Source of the DNA: an uncultured Bacillaceae bacterium
GTDB lineage: Bacteria > Bacillota > Bacilli > Bacillales > Cytobacillaceae
NCBI GenBank assembly: GCA_963708895.1
Contig: CAVPUE010000010.1
Span: 33,651-97,650 of the forward strand
Direction of reading: 5' to 3'
Length of the DNA stretch: 64,000 bases
Part shown: positions 31,861 through 42,175 of the stretch, piece after piece
Layout: each line of letters begins with the position of its first letter
Position numbering within the stretch: position 1 is the first letter of the stretch
The notes under the pieces: generated by a model
Told to the model about the DNA's origin: nothing
The model's database searches: none
Seen by the model: only the letters and a program-made list of their open reading frames with translations
Made by a program: the position numbers and the translations under genes

Positions 31861-31938
31861 GTGTCAGTTCCACAATACATATTCTAGAACACGTTCAAAA
31901 GGCTCTAGAGATGCATTCGTCTTGTGGATATCTGACAC
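31861..31938. repeat. GTGTCAG-ended hairpin element (family B)
   Basis: GTGTCAGTTCCACAA...TTGTGGATATCTGACAC, with paired internal TCTAGA copies. Confidence 0.6.
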
Positions 31939-31971
31939 CTTGGAGACATCTATTTCATTTTCATTTGTTCC

Positions 31972-32445
31972 TTAAATATTAAATTCTGGTCCATTAGAGG
32001 CAGAACCCGATTGATCAGTCGATGTATTGTTTCCACCATTATTATTACTATTTTTATTTTCAAACATTTGTTGGATTTTATCAACAGCTTGTGGTGCAAG
32101 ATCCAATATCTTTTCATACAGATGTGTATTTTCATCAAGATGCACCATTTTTACTCCATTCGAACTGACAATTAAAAAAGCCACTGGCGTGATAGAAACA
32201 CCGCCACCACTACCGCCACCAAACGGACCTGTTTTTTGTTCAGATCCTTGACCATTAGATGATTGTCCTTCGATACCAAATTCACTTCCACCAGCAGCAA
32301 AGCCAAAGCCAACTTTGGAAACGGTTAAAATCACGCTACCATCTGGTGTTTCAACAGGATCACCGATAATCGTATTCACATCAATCATTTCTTTTAAATT
32401 TTCCATTGCTGTTGTCATTAAACCTTGTATTGGATGATCAGCCAT
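31972..32445 (-). CDS. gerW: Sporulation protein GerW (YtfJ)
   Basis: HPIQGLMTTAMENLKEMIDVNTIIGDP...GFAAGGSEF...GGGSGGGVSITP. Confidence 0.95.
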   Translation of the reverse strand: MADHPIQGLMTTAMENLKEMIDVNTIIGDPVETPDGSVILTVSKVGFGFAAGGSEFGIEGQSSNGQGSEQKTGPFGGGSGGGVSITPVAFLIVSSNGVKMVHLDENTHLYEKILDLAPQAVDKIQQMFENKNSNNNGGNNTSTDQSGSASNGPEFNI

Positions 32446-32463
32446 ATTCCATTTCCTCCACTT

Positions 32464-33160
32464 CTAAACTGTGTTTGTCTTTTCGTGGGAAAGGCTTGAG
32501 AACAGCCTTGATTTAAACTGTGGTCGTCCACCTTTCCAACATTTAATGAGTTTAATTCCTGCAAATATAGCATGCCCGATTCTAAATTGAAGCATACATT
32601 GAAAACTAGTTTGTGATACCGGCAATTGAAAATGAGGTTGGACAGACAAGGCTGGATTCACTTTCAGTTTAAAATAATGACTTATCATGCCAATAATACT
32701 TCCTTTTACAGCCCAAACTGCCCCCGTTAATACTCCAGTTAAAGCGGCTTCTCCCGTACCAATTATCGTCTGCCATTCTAATTGATTGACAGTTACCTTT
32801 TTCAAAAAGTGACGAACAATTCTGATGCAAGGAAACAACGTGCTTCAATAACTTCTCCATATCTTTAAAGCCATTAATGATGTCTTGGGCAAAAAATTGA
32901 CTTCTCTTCTCACTATTCATATTCTCTTCTTTTCCTGTTTTCGTCTCTTCCTCCACGACAATGGATGGAGAATTTTCATCTACCTTAATGAGCGGGACAT
33001 CAAATGTATATCTTAAAAGCCCAAACCATGCTTTGAGTTGTATCTTAAACGAATCATTATCCTGTGCATGAGAATACTTGATATGTACTTTAAGTTTTGT
33101 TAATAAAATGAGCACAAGTAGAAGAATGACAATGAAACAACCAATCCAAATCCACTTCAA
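32464..33160 (-). CDS. ytfI: YtfI / DUF2953 protein, one shift near 32825
   Basis: N-terminal TM helix, WQTIIGTGEAALTG motif, upstream of gerW. Confidence 0.88.
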
Positions 33161-33184
33161 TTATATTCCCACCTTTCGACCTTC

Positions 33185-33214
33185 TATTATTGGCAAAAAA
33201 AAGCATAAATAAAC
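33185..33214 (-). promoter_or_regulatory. SigmaF promoter of ytfI-gerW
   Basis: GTTTA-15 nt-GCCAATAATA. ytfIJ is forespore-expressed in B. subtilis. Confidence 0.65.
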
Positions 33215-33248
33215 CCATCATCTTAGATGATGGGTTTATCATTCAATC

Positions 33249-33782
33249 TTATGAACGTACATGAACAACGGTCGTATCGGCAAACAAGTCATGGATTCCT
33301 TGCTTTTTTGGTAAAAAACCAACAACAATATAAAGAATTAAAATCGTTCCGGAAATAAATCGTCCAATCCATTCCCTAAACAAAATGGTTGACCAATTTA
33401 ATTTCTCGTCGTTAAGAGAAACAACTCTTAAACCGAATACCATTTTTCCTAATGTTTGCCCAAAATACTTGGTCATTAAAACAAAATAACCATAAAATAC
33501 AATCGCTGTTATGATTGCAACAGGTGCAAACATATTTGCTTCACTTAACGAAAGATCAAACATTCTAAATATCGGATAGACGATAATCCGATCGATACTG
33601 CCAATCACGACGATATCAAGCAGATATGCCCAGAATCTCATCCAAAAACCGGCAAATTTATAATCTGGTTGATCGTCATTAATTGAATTTTCCGGCTCAA
33701 TCATGTCATTCTGTAGATTAGTCTGTATTTCATTTGTAAAAGTTCTATTTTCTTGCTTGAAGTCTTCTTCGTTCGAATTCAT
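33249..33782 (-). CDS. yteJ: RDD family protein YteJ
   Basis: AGFWMRFWAYLLD, QTLGKMVFGLRV, QGIHDLFADT. Confidence 0.92.
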   Translation of the reverse strand: MNSNEEDFKQENRTFTNEIQTNLQNDMIEPENSINDDQPDYKFAGFWMRFWAYLLDIVVIGSIDRIIVYPIFRMFDLSLSEANMFAPVAIITAIVFYGYFVLMTKYFGQTLGKMVFGLRVVSLNDEKLNWSTILFREWIGRFISGTILILYIVVGFLPKKQGIHDLFADTTVVHVRS

Positions 33783-33793
33783 TTCTCCACCCC

Positions 33794-34808
33794 CTACTCT
33801 GCATACAAATACATCAACCGCGGTGAATGACTTTGTGATAATAAGTTCATGATTCCTGCCAATTCAATATCGTCTTGTCCAATTAATTGTCGTGCCCCCA
33901 TTGTAAATAACGATCCAAACCCAAAGTTCTCTGTATATTGAAATACTTGAGCATCTTTTAGATTATGGTCTTCTTGCATCGCATCTACGACATCTTCAAA
34001 ATAACCAAAATCATCGATTAAATTTAATTCTTTTGCTTGGCGACCATCATAAATTCTACCATCAGCAATTGATCTAACTTCATTTTCAGGTATCTCTCGA
34101 CCATCTGAAATCACTTTTACAAAACCAGCATACGAAGAATTAATCATCTCTTGAAGGATGTTTCTCTCTTCTTCTGTCATCTCTCTTGCTGGGCTCATAA
34201 TATCTTTAAATTCACCGCTCTTAATCGTCTCAAATTTAACACCATATTTTTCAGCTAAACCAGCATAATTAACGCCCTGCATAATCACACCAAGTGAACC
34301 TGTTAATGTCTCGGGACTTGCGTAAATTTTATCAGCTGGAGCAGCTATATAATAACCACCAGATGCTGCCATCGATCCCATGGAAATATAGACTGGTTTT
34401 TTTGTTTCCTCTTGAATTTCAACAATCTTATCATGGATCTGAGCACTCTCGACAACACCTCCACCAGGTGTATTCACTCTGATAATAATCCCTTTTACAG
34501 CTCCATCCTCTTTTGCGTTATTTAGATTTTTTAAAAATAGTTGATGATTGTATCCACTTGTAGCAAAAATAGATGTATGTACTACCGGTATCCTGAATCG
34601 TACCATTAACATCTAAAACGGCAATTTTTTTCATTAAATTGCCTTCCTCAATGACTTCTTCAGCTAATAGACTGTTGGTTGGTTTCATAAAATCATCCAT
34701 TGTTCTCTGAAAATCATTACTTAAAATGGTTGAGAAAATACTCGTTACTACCGAAAAAGCAAACAAAAATGCTGCTATTCCTAAGGCTACCCAACGTTTT
34801 GTATTCAC
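33794..34808 (-). CDS. sppA: Signal peptide peptidase SppA, one shift near 34577
   Basis: [27 protein letters not shown]. Confidence 0.95.
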
Positions 34809-34933
34809 TATAAATGCCTCCTAATCAAATTCATTATTTTTAAATACGTTTTAAAAGACAAAATGTTTCAATTTTTTTACTTAACATATATAATATCATT
34901 TGGAAATCCTATAAAATTTAGGGAGAGATAAAA

Positions 34934-35734
34934 ATGTCTGAACGTAAAAATATCTTTTTTTATCATAAGGAAGATCCCAAGATACATAGTGAAATAGAAA
35001 ACTTAAAAAGTGAGTTAACTCATTATGGTTTCAACATGGTCAATCACGCAGAAAACGCTAATATCATTGCTAGCATTGGTAGCGACGGGGATTTCCTACA
35101 ATGTATTCGTCGCACTGGTTTCCGAGATGATTGTCTCTATGCTGGCATTGCCCAAACCAATCAGCTCAGTTTTTATTGTGATTATTCATTACATGATACA
35201 GAAGGTATGTTAAAGGCTCTTACTAATAATGAAATGAAAGTTCGACGTTATCCAATTATCTCTGTAACGATTGACGATCAATCATCCTACTTATGTATTA
35301 ATGAATTTAGTATTCAATCAGCCATCGTTAAAACGTTTATATTAGACGTCTATATTAATGATTTACACCTTGAAACCTTCAGAGGAGATGGTTTAATTAT
35401 CTCCACGCCGACAGGTAGTACAGCTTATAATAAATCAGTAAATGGGGCGATTGTAGACCCTAAACTTACTTGCATGCAAATCACAGAACTTGGATCATTG
35501 AATAATAACCAATATCGAACACTTGGCTCTCCATTTATTATCAACAGTGATAAAACATTAACATTAGTCGTAGGCAAAGAAGGAAATGAACATCCAATTA
35601 TGGCGATTGATAATGAAGCCCTTAGTACACGACAGGTAGAAAAAATTCAAATCAAACTTTGTGATAAAAAGATTAAAACAATCAAGCTCAAAGATAACAC
35701 CTTTTGGCATAAAGTGAAACGGAATTTTCTCTAG
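34934..35734 (+). CDS. nadK: NAD kinase 2 (YtdI/PpnK), variant GGDG motif
   Basis: NE motif (CINEF) and GDGLIISTPTGSTAYNKS present; GSDGD replaces GGDGT. Confidence 0.92.
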   Translation: MSERKNIFFYHKEDPKIHSEIENLKSELTHYGFNMVNHAENANIIASIGSDGDFLQCIRRTGFRDDCLYAGIAQTNQLSFYCDYSLHDTEGMLKALTNNEMKVRRYPIISVTIDDQSSYLCINEFSIQSAIVKTFILDVYINDLHLETFRGDGLIISTPTGSTAYNKSVNGAIVDPKLTCMQITELGSLNNNQYRTLGSPFIINSDKTLTLVVGKEGNEHPIMAIDNEALSTRQVEKIQIKLCDKKIKTIKLKDNTFWHKVKRNFL

Positions 35735-35740
35735 GAACGA

Positions 35741-35780
35741 AAATAAAGTTAGCCTCTCGATAACAGGCTAACTTTATTTT
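35741..35780. terminator. Bidirectional terminator nadK/ytcI
   Basis: AAAATAAAGTTAGCCT-loop-AGGCTAACTTTATTTT. Confidence 0.9.
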
Positions 35781-35783
35781 GTA

Positions 35784-37370
35784 TTAATTTACCGTATTAA
35801 TACGTAATTCACGTTCTCTTAATTCGATTCTACGAATTTTACCTGATGCTGTTTTCGGTAACTCATCCACAAATTCAATTTTACGAGGATATTTATAAGG
35901 TGCTGTCATTTCCTTCACATGACTTTGAAGTGTTTTGATTAACTCATTTTCATTTTGAATGACATTATCTTTTAAAATCACATATGCCTTCACGACATTT
36001 CCACGAATCGCATCTGGACTTGCCACAACGGCACATTCTTTCACAAGTGGATGTTTGACAAGTGCATCTTCTACTTCAAACGGTCCAATCGTATAGCCCG
36101 AACTAATGATAATATCATCACTTCTTCCTTCAAACCAAAAGTAGCCTTCTTCATCCTTTTTAGCTCGGTCACCTGTTACATAGTAATCGCCACGATATTG
36201 TTTAGCCGTTCTTTCAGGATCTTTATAGTACTCTTTAAACAGTGCTGGAGTTTCTTTATGAACCGCAATATCGCCTACTTCTCCTACTCCACAAATCTGT
36301 CCATCTTCATTAATAATCTCTACTGTGTTACCTGGTGTTGGTTTACCCATAGAACCTGGTTTTAGCTCCATTTCTTTGGTAATTCCTACTAATAAAGTGT
36401 TTTCTGTTTGTCCATAGCCATCACGAACTTTTAAATTAAAATGACGATTAAAGATATCAATCACTTCTCTATTTAATGGTTCTCCAGCAGATACAGCACT
36501 ATGAATATGAGATAAATCATAAGAATCAAGATTATCTACTTTGGCCATTAAGCGATATTCTGTTGGTGTACAGCAAAGAACATCTACCCCATACTTTCCA
36601 AGTAATTGTAAATATTTTTGCGGTTCAAATTTTCCATGATAGGATATGCCTGTTGCACCCGATCCAAGTACAGCAAGGAATGGACTCCAAATCCACTTCA
36701 TCCAGCCAGGACCTGCCGTTGCCCAAACCGTATCCCCCTCATTAATACAAAGCCAATGAGGACCAGCTGTGCGAAGATGCGCATATGCCCAAGCGTGTGT
36801 ATGAACGACTGCTTTTGGATTTGCCGTAGTCCCTGATGTATAGGATAAAAAGGCCATATCATCACGATTTGTATCTGCAATGGAAAGTTCATCTGAGTGC
36901 TTCAGCATTTCTTCATCTAAACGATTCCAACCTTCTACATCTTGCCCAATCACAAATTTCTTTATATCTTTCATTTCTTCAATCTCATCAAATTCACTAG
37001 TATATGGATAATAGCTTATAACTGTTTTTACATCGCCATGATTAATGCGATATTTTAAATCTTTTGTACGCAACATTTCTGAACTTGGGATGACAACAAG
37101 CCCTAATTTTAGGGCAGCCAAATAGACTTCATAAGCTTCTATTAAACGAGGGATAATGATTAACGCTACATCCCCTTTTTTCAGACCCTTATCTAAAAAT
37201 ACATTCCCGATTTTATTGGCAGCAAGCATTAAAGATCGATAAGTAATTTCTTTCGTTTCCCCTTCTTGATCTTCCCATTTTACCGCAACTTTAGATTCAT
37301 CTTTCGTGTATTTTTCAATTTCCATCACAAGATTATATTGCAATGGAGCAATTAAATCTTCTCTGTTCAT
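35784..37370 (-). CDS. ytcI: Acyl-CoA synthetase (YtcI/MbcS-like)
   Basis: SYTSGTTANPK, YGQTE, GRSDD, PKTASGKIRR. Confidence 0.9.
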   Translation of the reverse strand: MNREDLIAPLQYNLVMEIEKYTKDESKVAVKWEDQEGETKEITYRSLMLAANKIGNVFLDKGLKKGDVALIIIPRLIEAYEVYLAALKLGLVVIPSSEMLRTKDLKYRINHGDVKTVISYYPYTSEFDEIEEMKDIKKFVIGQDVEGWNRLDEEMLKHSDELSIADTNRDDMAFLSYTSGTTANPKAVVHTHAWAYAHLRTAGPHWLCINEGDTVWATAGPGWMKWIWSPFLAVLGSGATGISYHGKFEPQKYLQLLGKYGVDVLCCTPTEYRLMAKVDNLDSYDLSHIHSAVSAGEPLNREVIDIFNRHFNLKVRDGYGQTENTLLVGITKEMELKPGSMGKPTPGNTVEIINEDGQICGVGEVGDIAVHKETPALFKEYYKDPERTAKQYRGDYYVTGDRAKKDEEGYFWFEGRSDDIIISSGYTIGPFEVEDALVKHPLVKECAVVASPDAIRGNVVKAYVILKDNVIQNENELIKTLQSHVKEMTAPYKYPRKIEFVDELPKTASGKIRRIELRERELRINTVN

Positions 37371-37535
37371 TCTCTCGCCTCCAAAAATCTTCTGCTACTC
37401 ATCATACCACTATTTTTTCTCATTTTACATAAATTTTTCACTTGTTAATATGACCAAGTACTAAGAAATATCAAAAAGGAGCAGGATAGAATCCCACTCC
37501 TTGTAGCCATTATATTTATTTATATTTATTGTTAA

Positions 37536-37736
37536 TTATTGAGGAAACCCACCTGATAATTGTTGTTGAGCTGTTTGTACAAGACGTTTTGTAATTTCTC
37601 CACCAACTGAACCGTTAGCACGAGAAGTTGTTTCAGCACCAAGGTTTACACCAAACTCAGAAGCAATTTCAACTTTCATTTGCTCTAAAGCTTGTTCAAC
37701 TCCTGGAACTACTAGGTTGTTTGAGTTGTTTGCCAT
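37536..37736 (-). CDS. sspA: Alpha/beta-type small acid-soluble spore protein
   Basis: [30 protein letters not shown]...[16 protein letters not shown]; follows thiI as in B. subtilis. Confidence 0.95.
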   Translation of the reverse strand: MANNSNNLVVPGVEQALEQMKVEIASEFGVNLGAETTSRANGSVGGEITKRLVQTAQQQLSGGFPQ

Positions 37737-37760
37737 GTGATCTTCACCTCCTTGTAAGTA

Positions 37761-37790
37761 TAGAATGTGTAGAATCACATAACTTCATAC
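37761..37790 (-). promoter_or_regulatory. SigmaG promoter of sspA
   Basis: GTATG-18 nt-CATTCTA, matching the sigmaG consensus. Confidence 0.85.
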
Positions 37791-37874
37791 AACAACTTAA
37801 CTGGTAATTCTTGCACATAACACTTCAAAAAGCAAGTTCCTAAGCGGATTTAATTGTTAATAAATTGTAAAGCC

Positions 37875-39077
37875 TTAAAATAGCTCATCAAAGGCATCAA
37901 TCTTCTGTTGTGGTTTGATTACTATCGATTCAATATTTTCTACTGCTTTTTGAATATAAGGTTCAAAATCAAAATAGCTTTCATAATAGTTGACTTTTTC
38001 CCTTCTTGGCTTCGTTTTTGGTGAAGCTGGGACAAAGACCGTACAGCAATCCTCAAATGGACGAATCGATATATCATGAGTTCCAATACTTTGAGCCATT
38101 CCAACAATTTCTGATTTATCCATCATGATCAGTGGTCTTAAAAGAGGTGTGTTTGTCACCTCGTTAATCGCATACATACTTTCAAGTGTTTGACTTGCTA
38201 CTTGTCCAACACTTTCACCTGTAACAATCGCTAAGGCTTCTTGTTTTATGCGAATCGCATCTGTAATCCGGAGCATTAATCGTCTTGTTGTTGTCATCGA
38301 ATAATTTTCAGGTATTTGTTTTTGAATGATTTGTTGAATTTCAGTAAACGGCACGATATGCAACATAAATTGTCCGTTGTAGCTCGCTAACTTTTCCGCT
38401 AAATCCAATACCTTTTGTTTTGAACGCTCACTTGTAAATGGTGGACTAAAGAAATGAACCCCTTCTACTTCAAGGCCTCTTTTTAAAGATAAATAGCCTG
38501 CAACAGGGCTATCAATTCCACCGGAAAGCATCAGCATTGCCTTCCCACTAGAACCTGCTGGCATCCCGCCAGGACCATAAAACGTTTGACATGAAATATA
38601 GGCCGCTTCTGATCTTATTTCAATTTGCATGTTTAAATCAGGATTTTTTACATCCACCTTTAGATCAGGCACATTTTGTAAAATATGTGCACCAAAAGCA
38701 TGATTTAGTTCATTTGTATCCAAAAAATATGTTTTATCTGCCCGTCTCGTCGTAATTTTGAAGGTTTGTCCTGAAAGATGGACTTCTTTAAAAAGATCAA
38801 GCATAGCATCTTTCATCTCATTTAAATCTTTATCCACTTTAATAACAGGACTAAAGGATTGAATCCCGAATACACCCTTTAAACGTTCACAGATTTGTTT
38901 TCCATCTTCTCCATTTAAGATCACATAAGTTCGATCACGATTGCTTTTAATGGATATACTTGGAAATTCATATAGAACGCCTTTTATACTATTGCTTAAT
39001 TTCTCAATGAAAAGATTTCGATTTCTACCTTTCGTTGATAATTCCCCATAGCGAATTAATATCCGATCATATTTCAT
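37875..39077 (-). CDS. thiI: tRNA 4-thiouridine synthase ThiI
   Basis: THUMP domain, PP-loop SGGIDS, TGESVGQVASQT, EDCC. Confidence 0.97.
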   Translation of the reverse strand: MKYDRILIRYGELSTKGRNRNLFIEKLSNSIKGVLYEFPSISIKSNRDRTYVILNGEDGKQICERLKGVFGIQSFSPVIKVDKDLNEMKDAMLDLFKEVHLSGQTFKITTRRADKTYFLDTNELNHAFGAHILQNVPDLKVDVKNPDLNMQIEIRSEAAYISCQTFYGPGGMPAGSSGKAMLMLSGGIDSPVAGYLSLKRGLEVEGVHFFSPPFTSERSKQKVLDLAEKLASYNGQFMLHIVPFTEIQQIIQKQIPENYSMTTTRRLMLRITDAIRIKQEALAIVTGESVGQVASQTLESMYAINEVTNTPLLRPLIMMDKSEIVGMAQSIGTHDISIRPFEDCCTVFVPASPKTKPRREKVNYYESYFDFEPYIQKAVENIESIVIKPQQKIDAFDELF

Positions 39078-39079
39078 AT

Positions 39080-40222
39080 TTAATTCATTACCTTTCTAAG
39101 TAAATCAATCGTCTCCTCTATTCGTTTAAGAGCACTTTTTACTTCTTCCATAGAATTGGAATACGAGAGGCTTAACCGAATTGCACTGTTTGCACGAGCA
39201 CTTGGTATCCCCATTGCCGTAAGAGTATTACTTACTTTTTTTTGTTTAGAAGAACATGCTGATGTTGTGGAAACATATATTTCTTTTTCCTCAAGCGCAT
39301 GAACAAGTACCTCTGCTTTGATAGGAGGTACTGAGAAATTAATAATATGTGGAGCACTTTCTTGATCAGGGGTATTCAACACGATCCCACTAATCTTCGC
39401 TAACCCGTTCTTTAATTCATTCGATATCGCTTGCAAATGATTTCGTTCATGATGGAATTGATCCAAAATCATGCGTAATGCTTTAGCAGAACTGACAATA
39501 CCAGCAACATTTTCAGTACCACATCGCAATTTACTTTCTTGGCCTCCACCATTAAATAACGGATTTATTTTAACCCCTTCTCTAATGAATAGCAAACCTG
39601 TTCCTTTCAAACCATGAAACTTATGACTAGACATTGTACATAAATCAATATGAGCGGACTTTAACCCAAGTGGTACTTTTCCAATTCCTTGAACATCGTC
39701 TACATGAAAGAGAATATCGGGGTAATCTGTTAACATTTTACCAATTTCTTCTATCGGTTGAATTGTACCCACCTCATTATTGACATGCATGACAGATACA
39801 AGGATGGTATCCTCTCGAATCGCTTTTTCAATGTCTCTAGCATTTACTCTTCCGTCATTCCCTGCTTCAATAATGGTTACTTCAAATCCATCATCTTCTA
39901 ATGCCCTAAAGGTTTCCAGAACAGAAGCATGTTCAATGTTTGTTGTAATAAGGTGACGACCTTTATTTTTATGCGCTGCTGAAACCCCTTTGATTGCTAA
40001 ATTATTCCCTTCTGTACCACCTGAAGTAAATAAAATTTCATTTGGCTTTACTAAAAGCAATTGTGCAACTTGCGATCTTGCTTGTCTCAAAAGCTGTTCA
40101 GCTTTTCCACCAAAATTATGAAGGGATGAGGGATTTCCAAAGAAATCTGTTGAAACCTTCGTAAATGAATGTATTACTTCTGGAAATGGCTTTGTCGTTG
40201 CACTGTTATCAAAATAAATCAC
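39080..40222 (-). CDS. iscS: Cysteine desulfurase (NifZ/IscS-type, ThiI partner)
   Basis: YFDNSAT, GNPSS, SSHKFHG (PLP lysine), STTSACSS. Confidence 0.95.
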   Translation of the reverse strand: MIYFDNSATTKPFPEVIHSFTKVSTDFFGNPSSLHNFGGKAEQLLRQARSQVAQLLLVKPNEILFTSGGTEGNNLAIKGVSAAHKNKGRHLITTNIEHASVLETFRALEDDGFEVTIIEAGNDGRVNARDIEKAIREDTILVSVMHVNNEVGTIQPIEEIGKMLTDYPDILFHVDDVQGIGKVPLGLKSAHIDLCTMSSHKFHGLKGTGLLFIREGVKINPLFNGGGQESKLRCGTENVAGIVSSAKALRMILDQFHHERNHLQAISNELKNGLAKISGIVLNTPDQESAPHIINFSVPPIKAEVLVHALEEKEIYVSTTSACSSKQKKVSNTLTAMGIPSARANSAIRLSLSYSNSMEEVKSALKRIEETIDLLRKVMN

Positions 40223-40259
40223 TTTATAGCTCCTTTTCTCGTACATTTACATTTTTAAA

Positions 40260-40385
40260 AGCTCTTTTCTCAAATTTTGTTCGTTTTGAGAAAAGAGCTG
40301 CAAGTTTAATAAGAATGCACAGAATAGCTTTTTCTACGTTAAAATCGGCCTTTGGATTTTAACAACAAACTTTAACGTAATAACC
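40260..40385. mobile_element. MITE-like element, family A, with a 15-bp internal hairpin, in the iscS leader
   Basis: AGCTCTTTTCTCAAA (40260-74) / TTTGAGAAAAGAGCT (40285-99). The 43-nt block is identical to the 19.5-kb copy. Confidence 0.75.
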
Positions 40386-40437
40386 CTGTTAAATGTTAAC
40401 ACAATAGGGTCAATTTGAAAAATAAAAATTTGCAAAC

Positions 40438-40469
40438 GAAAAGGTTTGCTATCGATAGCAAACCTTTTC
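40438..40469 (-). terminator. ezrA terminator
   Basis: GAAAAGGTTTGCTATC-GATAGCAAACCTTTTC near-perfect palindrome. Confidence 0.75.
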
Positions 40470-40477
40470 GCCTGACC

Positions 40478-42175
40478 TTACACTTCGATAAGATCTTCTA
40501 TTCGATTATCGATTTTCTTTAATACTCCTGGTTCCACTTTTTCAATCGCATGTATGGCTTTTTCCAATGCCTCTTGATAATTGAAGGAACGGAAAGCTTT
40601 TTCGGCCTCTTTTAACCCCTCGGCAACGGATGGGTATCTACTTCTATATCGATTTCCATATTGAATCACTTTTTCAGCAAGTGCTACGGTTTCAAATAAA
40701 TCCGTTGTGTCCTTCGTCATTTTCTCTACCGTGATCACAGCTATTTCTAAAAATTCTTGCACAATCGGGATATCAAGAGGTGTTTCATTAAGTTTCGCTA
40801 TGACTTGTTCGATACTCTCTTGAGACTCTTCCACCAAGAATATATATTCCTCTGAAACACCAGGAATATTGCTTTTAGAAATCATGCGAATCGTTTCAGC
40901 AATGCTTTTCTTTAGTTCCGCAACTTTTTCACGCGCTGCTAATTCATCTTTCCTTAATGCCTGCATTTTTTCTGCAAAATCTGCTTGTTCTGTCATGATT
41001 ATTTCAAGTGTCTCTTTAATCAACAACAATTCTTCCTGTAAATGAGAAAATGCCACTTTATTATCATTCATATTACTTTCAATAAGATCAAATCTAGTAT
41101 ATAGCTGTTCCAAACGTTTTCTTAGTTTTTCGATGATATCCATATCTGAATCTTGAAGATGATAACTAGATTGAATCCGAATAAATTCATCGTTTAGATC
41201 ATGATTTTCGCTTCTAGCGGATTGTAACATTTCCAGTATTTCACGGTCATTCTTTTTGATTTCATGCCTAGCTAATACTTCTTTTTCGAGTAAATCATAG
41301 AATTCATCTATCGTTTGCTTCCAACCATCTACTTTTTCTTGAACCTCTTTCATCTCAGCTTTTTCAAATTCATTCAAGCATTGTTGTAGTTCTTTTGAAA
41401 TTCTTGCTTTTTCGTTTTCAATCGAGATGTGTTCTAATCGATATCCTTGTGAAATCATTTCACGATAGCCATCGTGCAATTCAACCAAAAGAGTAGGAAT
41501 GATGGACTGACATTCGTTTAAAAGATTTGGAATCACATCCATATCACTTTTTGTTTTCATCGCTAATTTTTTTATGTTTAAAACAATTTCGCGTGCTGCT
41601 AAATAATTCCCATTTGTTGTATTTTCATCAAATTCGATAAACATCTTAGATATTTTATCTAATCTGCCCTCAAGAGGCTTTTCCATTTTTCCAAATAAAT
41701 AGCGATGTGCTAACAGTGTTTTTTTGCATTCACGGTACGTTTCTTTCAATTCGTCAATCTCAAAACGATTTTTTTCTTCGCTGCCAACCAACTCTTGCAA
41801 TTCGCTTAGAAGTTTATCAATGGTATCTTCCACTCTTGATAGCGTTTCACTAATTTCTAATTGAATTTGTTTTGCTTTTTTAAAATGGTATTTGTCAATC
41901 TGTTCTTCTACATCAAAGAGTAATTCTTCAATATCTGGTAATATTGTTGAGACAACATCATCCCAAGTACTTCTCCACCGATCAAAACGTTCTTCTGTTT
42001 CACCATTCATATTTAAACGTTTGATTTTTTGCAACTCATCAAGAACAGGTCGGTTTGTAATTTCCATTTTCCATGTTTCAAGTCGATCCGTTTCTTTATA
42101 ATATTTTTTTTTCATAAAAAATCCCGCTAGGAATATACAAATTAATAATGCAATTCCACCAATTATGTATTCCAA
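40478..42175 (-). CDS. ezrA: Septation ring formation regulator EzrA
   Basis: TTG start after AGGAGG, N-terminal TM helix, long coiled coil, IQYGNRYRS (QNR patch). Confidence 0.96.
   Translation of the reverse strand: MEYIIGGIALLICIFLAGFFMKKKYYKETDRLETWKMEITNRPVLDELQKIKRLNMNGETEERFDRWRSTWDDVVSTILPDIEELLFDVEEQIDKYHFKKAKQIQLEISETLSRVEDTIDKLLSELQELVGSEEKNRFEIDELKETYRECKKTLLAHRYLFGKMEKPLEGRLDKISKMFIEFDENTTNGNYLAAREIVLNIKKLAMKTKSDMDVIPNLLNECQSIIPTLLVELHDGYREMISQGYRLEHISIENEKARISKELQQCLNEFEKAEMKEVQEKVDGWKQTIDEFYDLLEKEVLARHEIKKNDREILEMLQSARSENHDLNDEFIRIQSSYHLQDSDMDIIEKLRKRLEQLYTRFDLIESNMNDNKVAFSHLQEELLLIKETLEIIMTEQADFAEKMQALRKDELAAREKVAELKKSIAETIRMISKSNIPGVSEEYIFLVEESQESIEQVIAKLNETPLDIPIVQEFLEIAVITVEKMTKDTTDLFETVALAEKVIQYGNRYRSRYPSVAEGLKEAEKAFRSFNYQEALEKAIHAIEKVEPGVLKKIDNRIEDLIEV

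Noticed and set aside
42013-42024. RefZ-binding-motif-like TTAAACGTTTG inside ezrA
   Set aside because: A partial match within coding sequence, far from oriC where functional RBMs are known; explained by codon usage.
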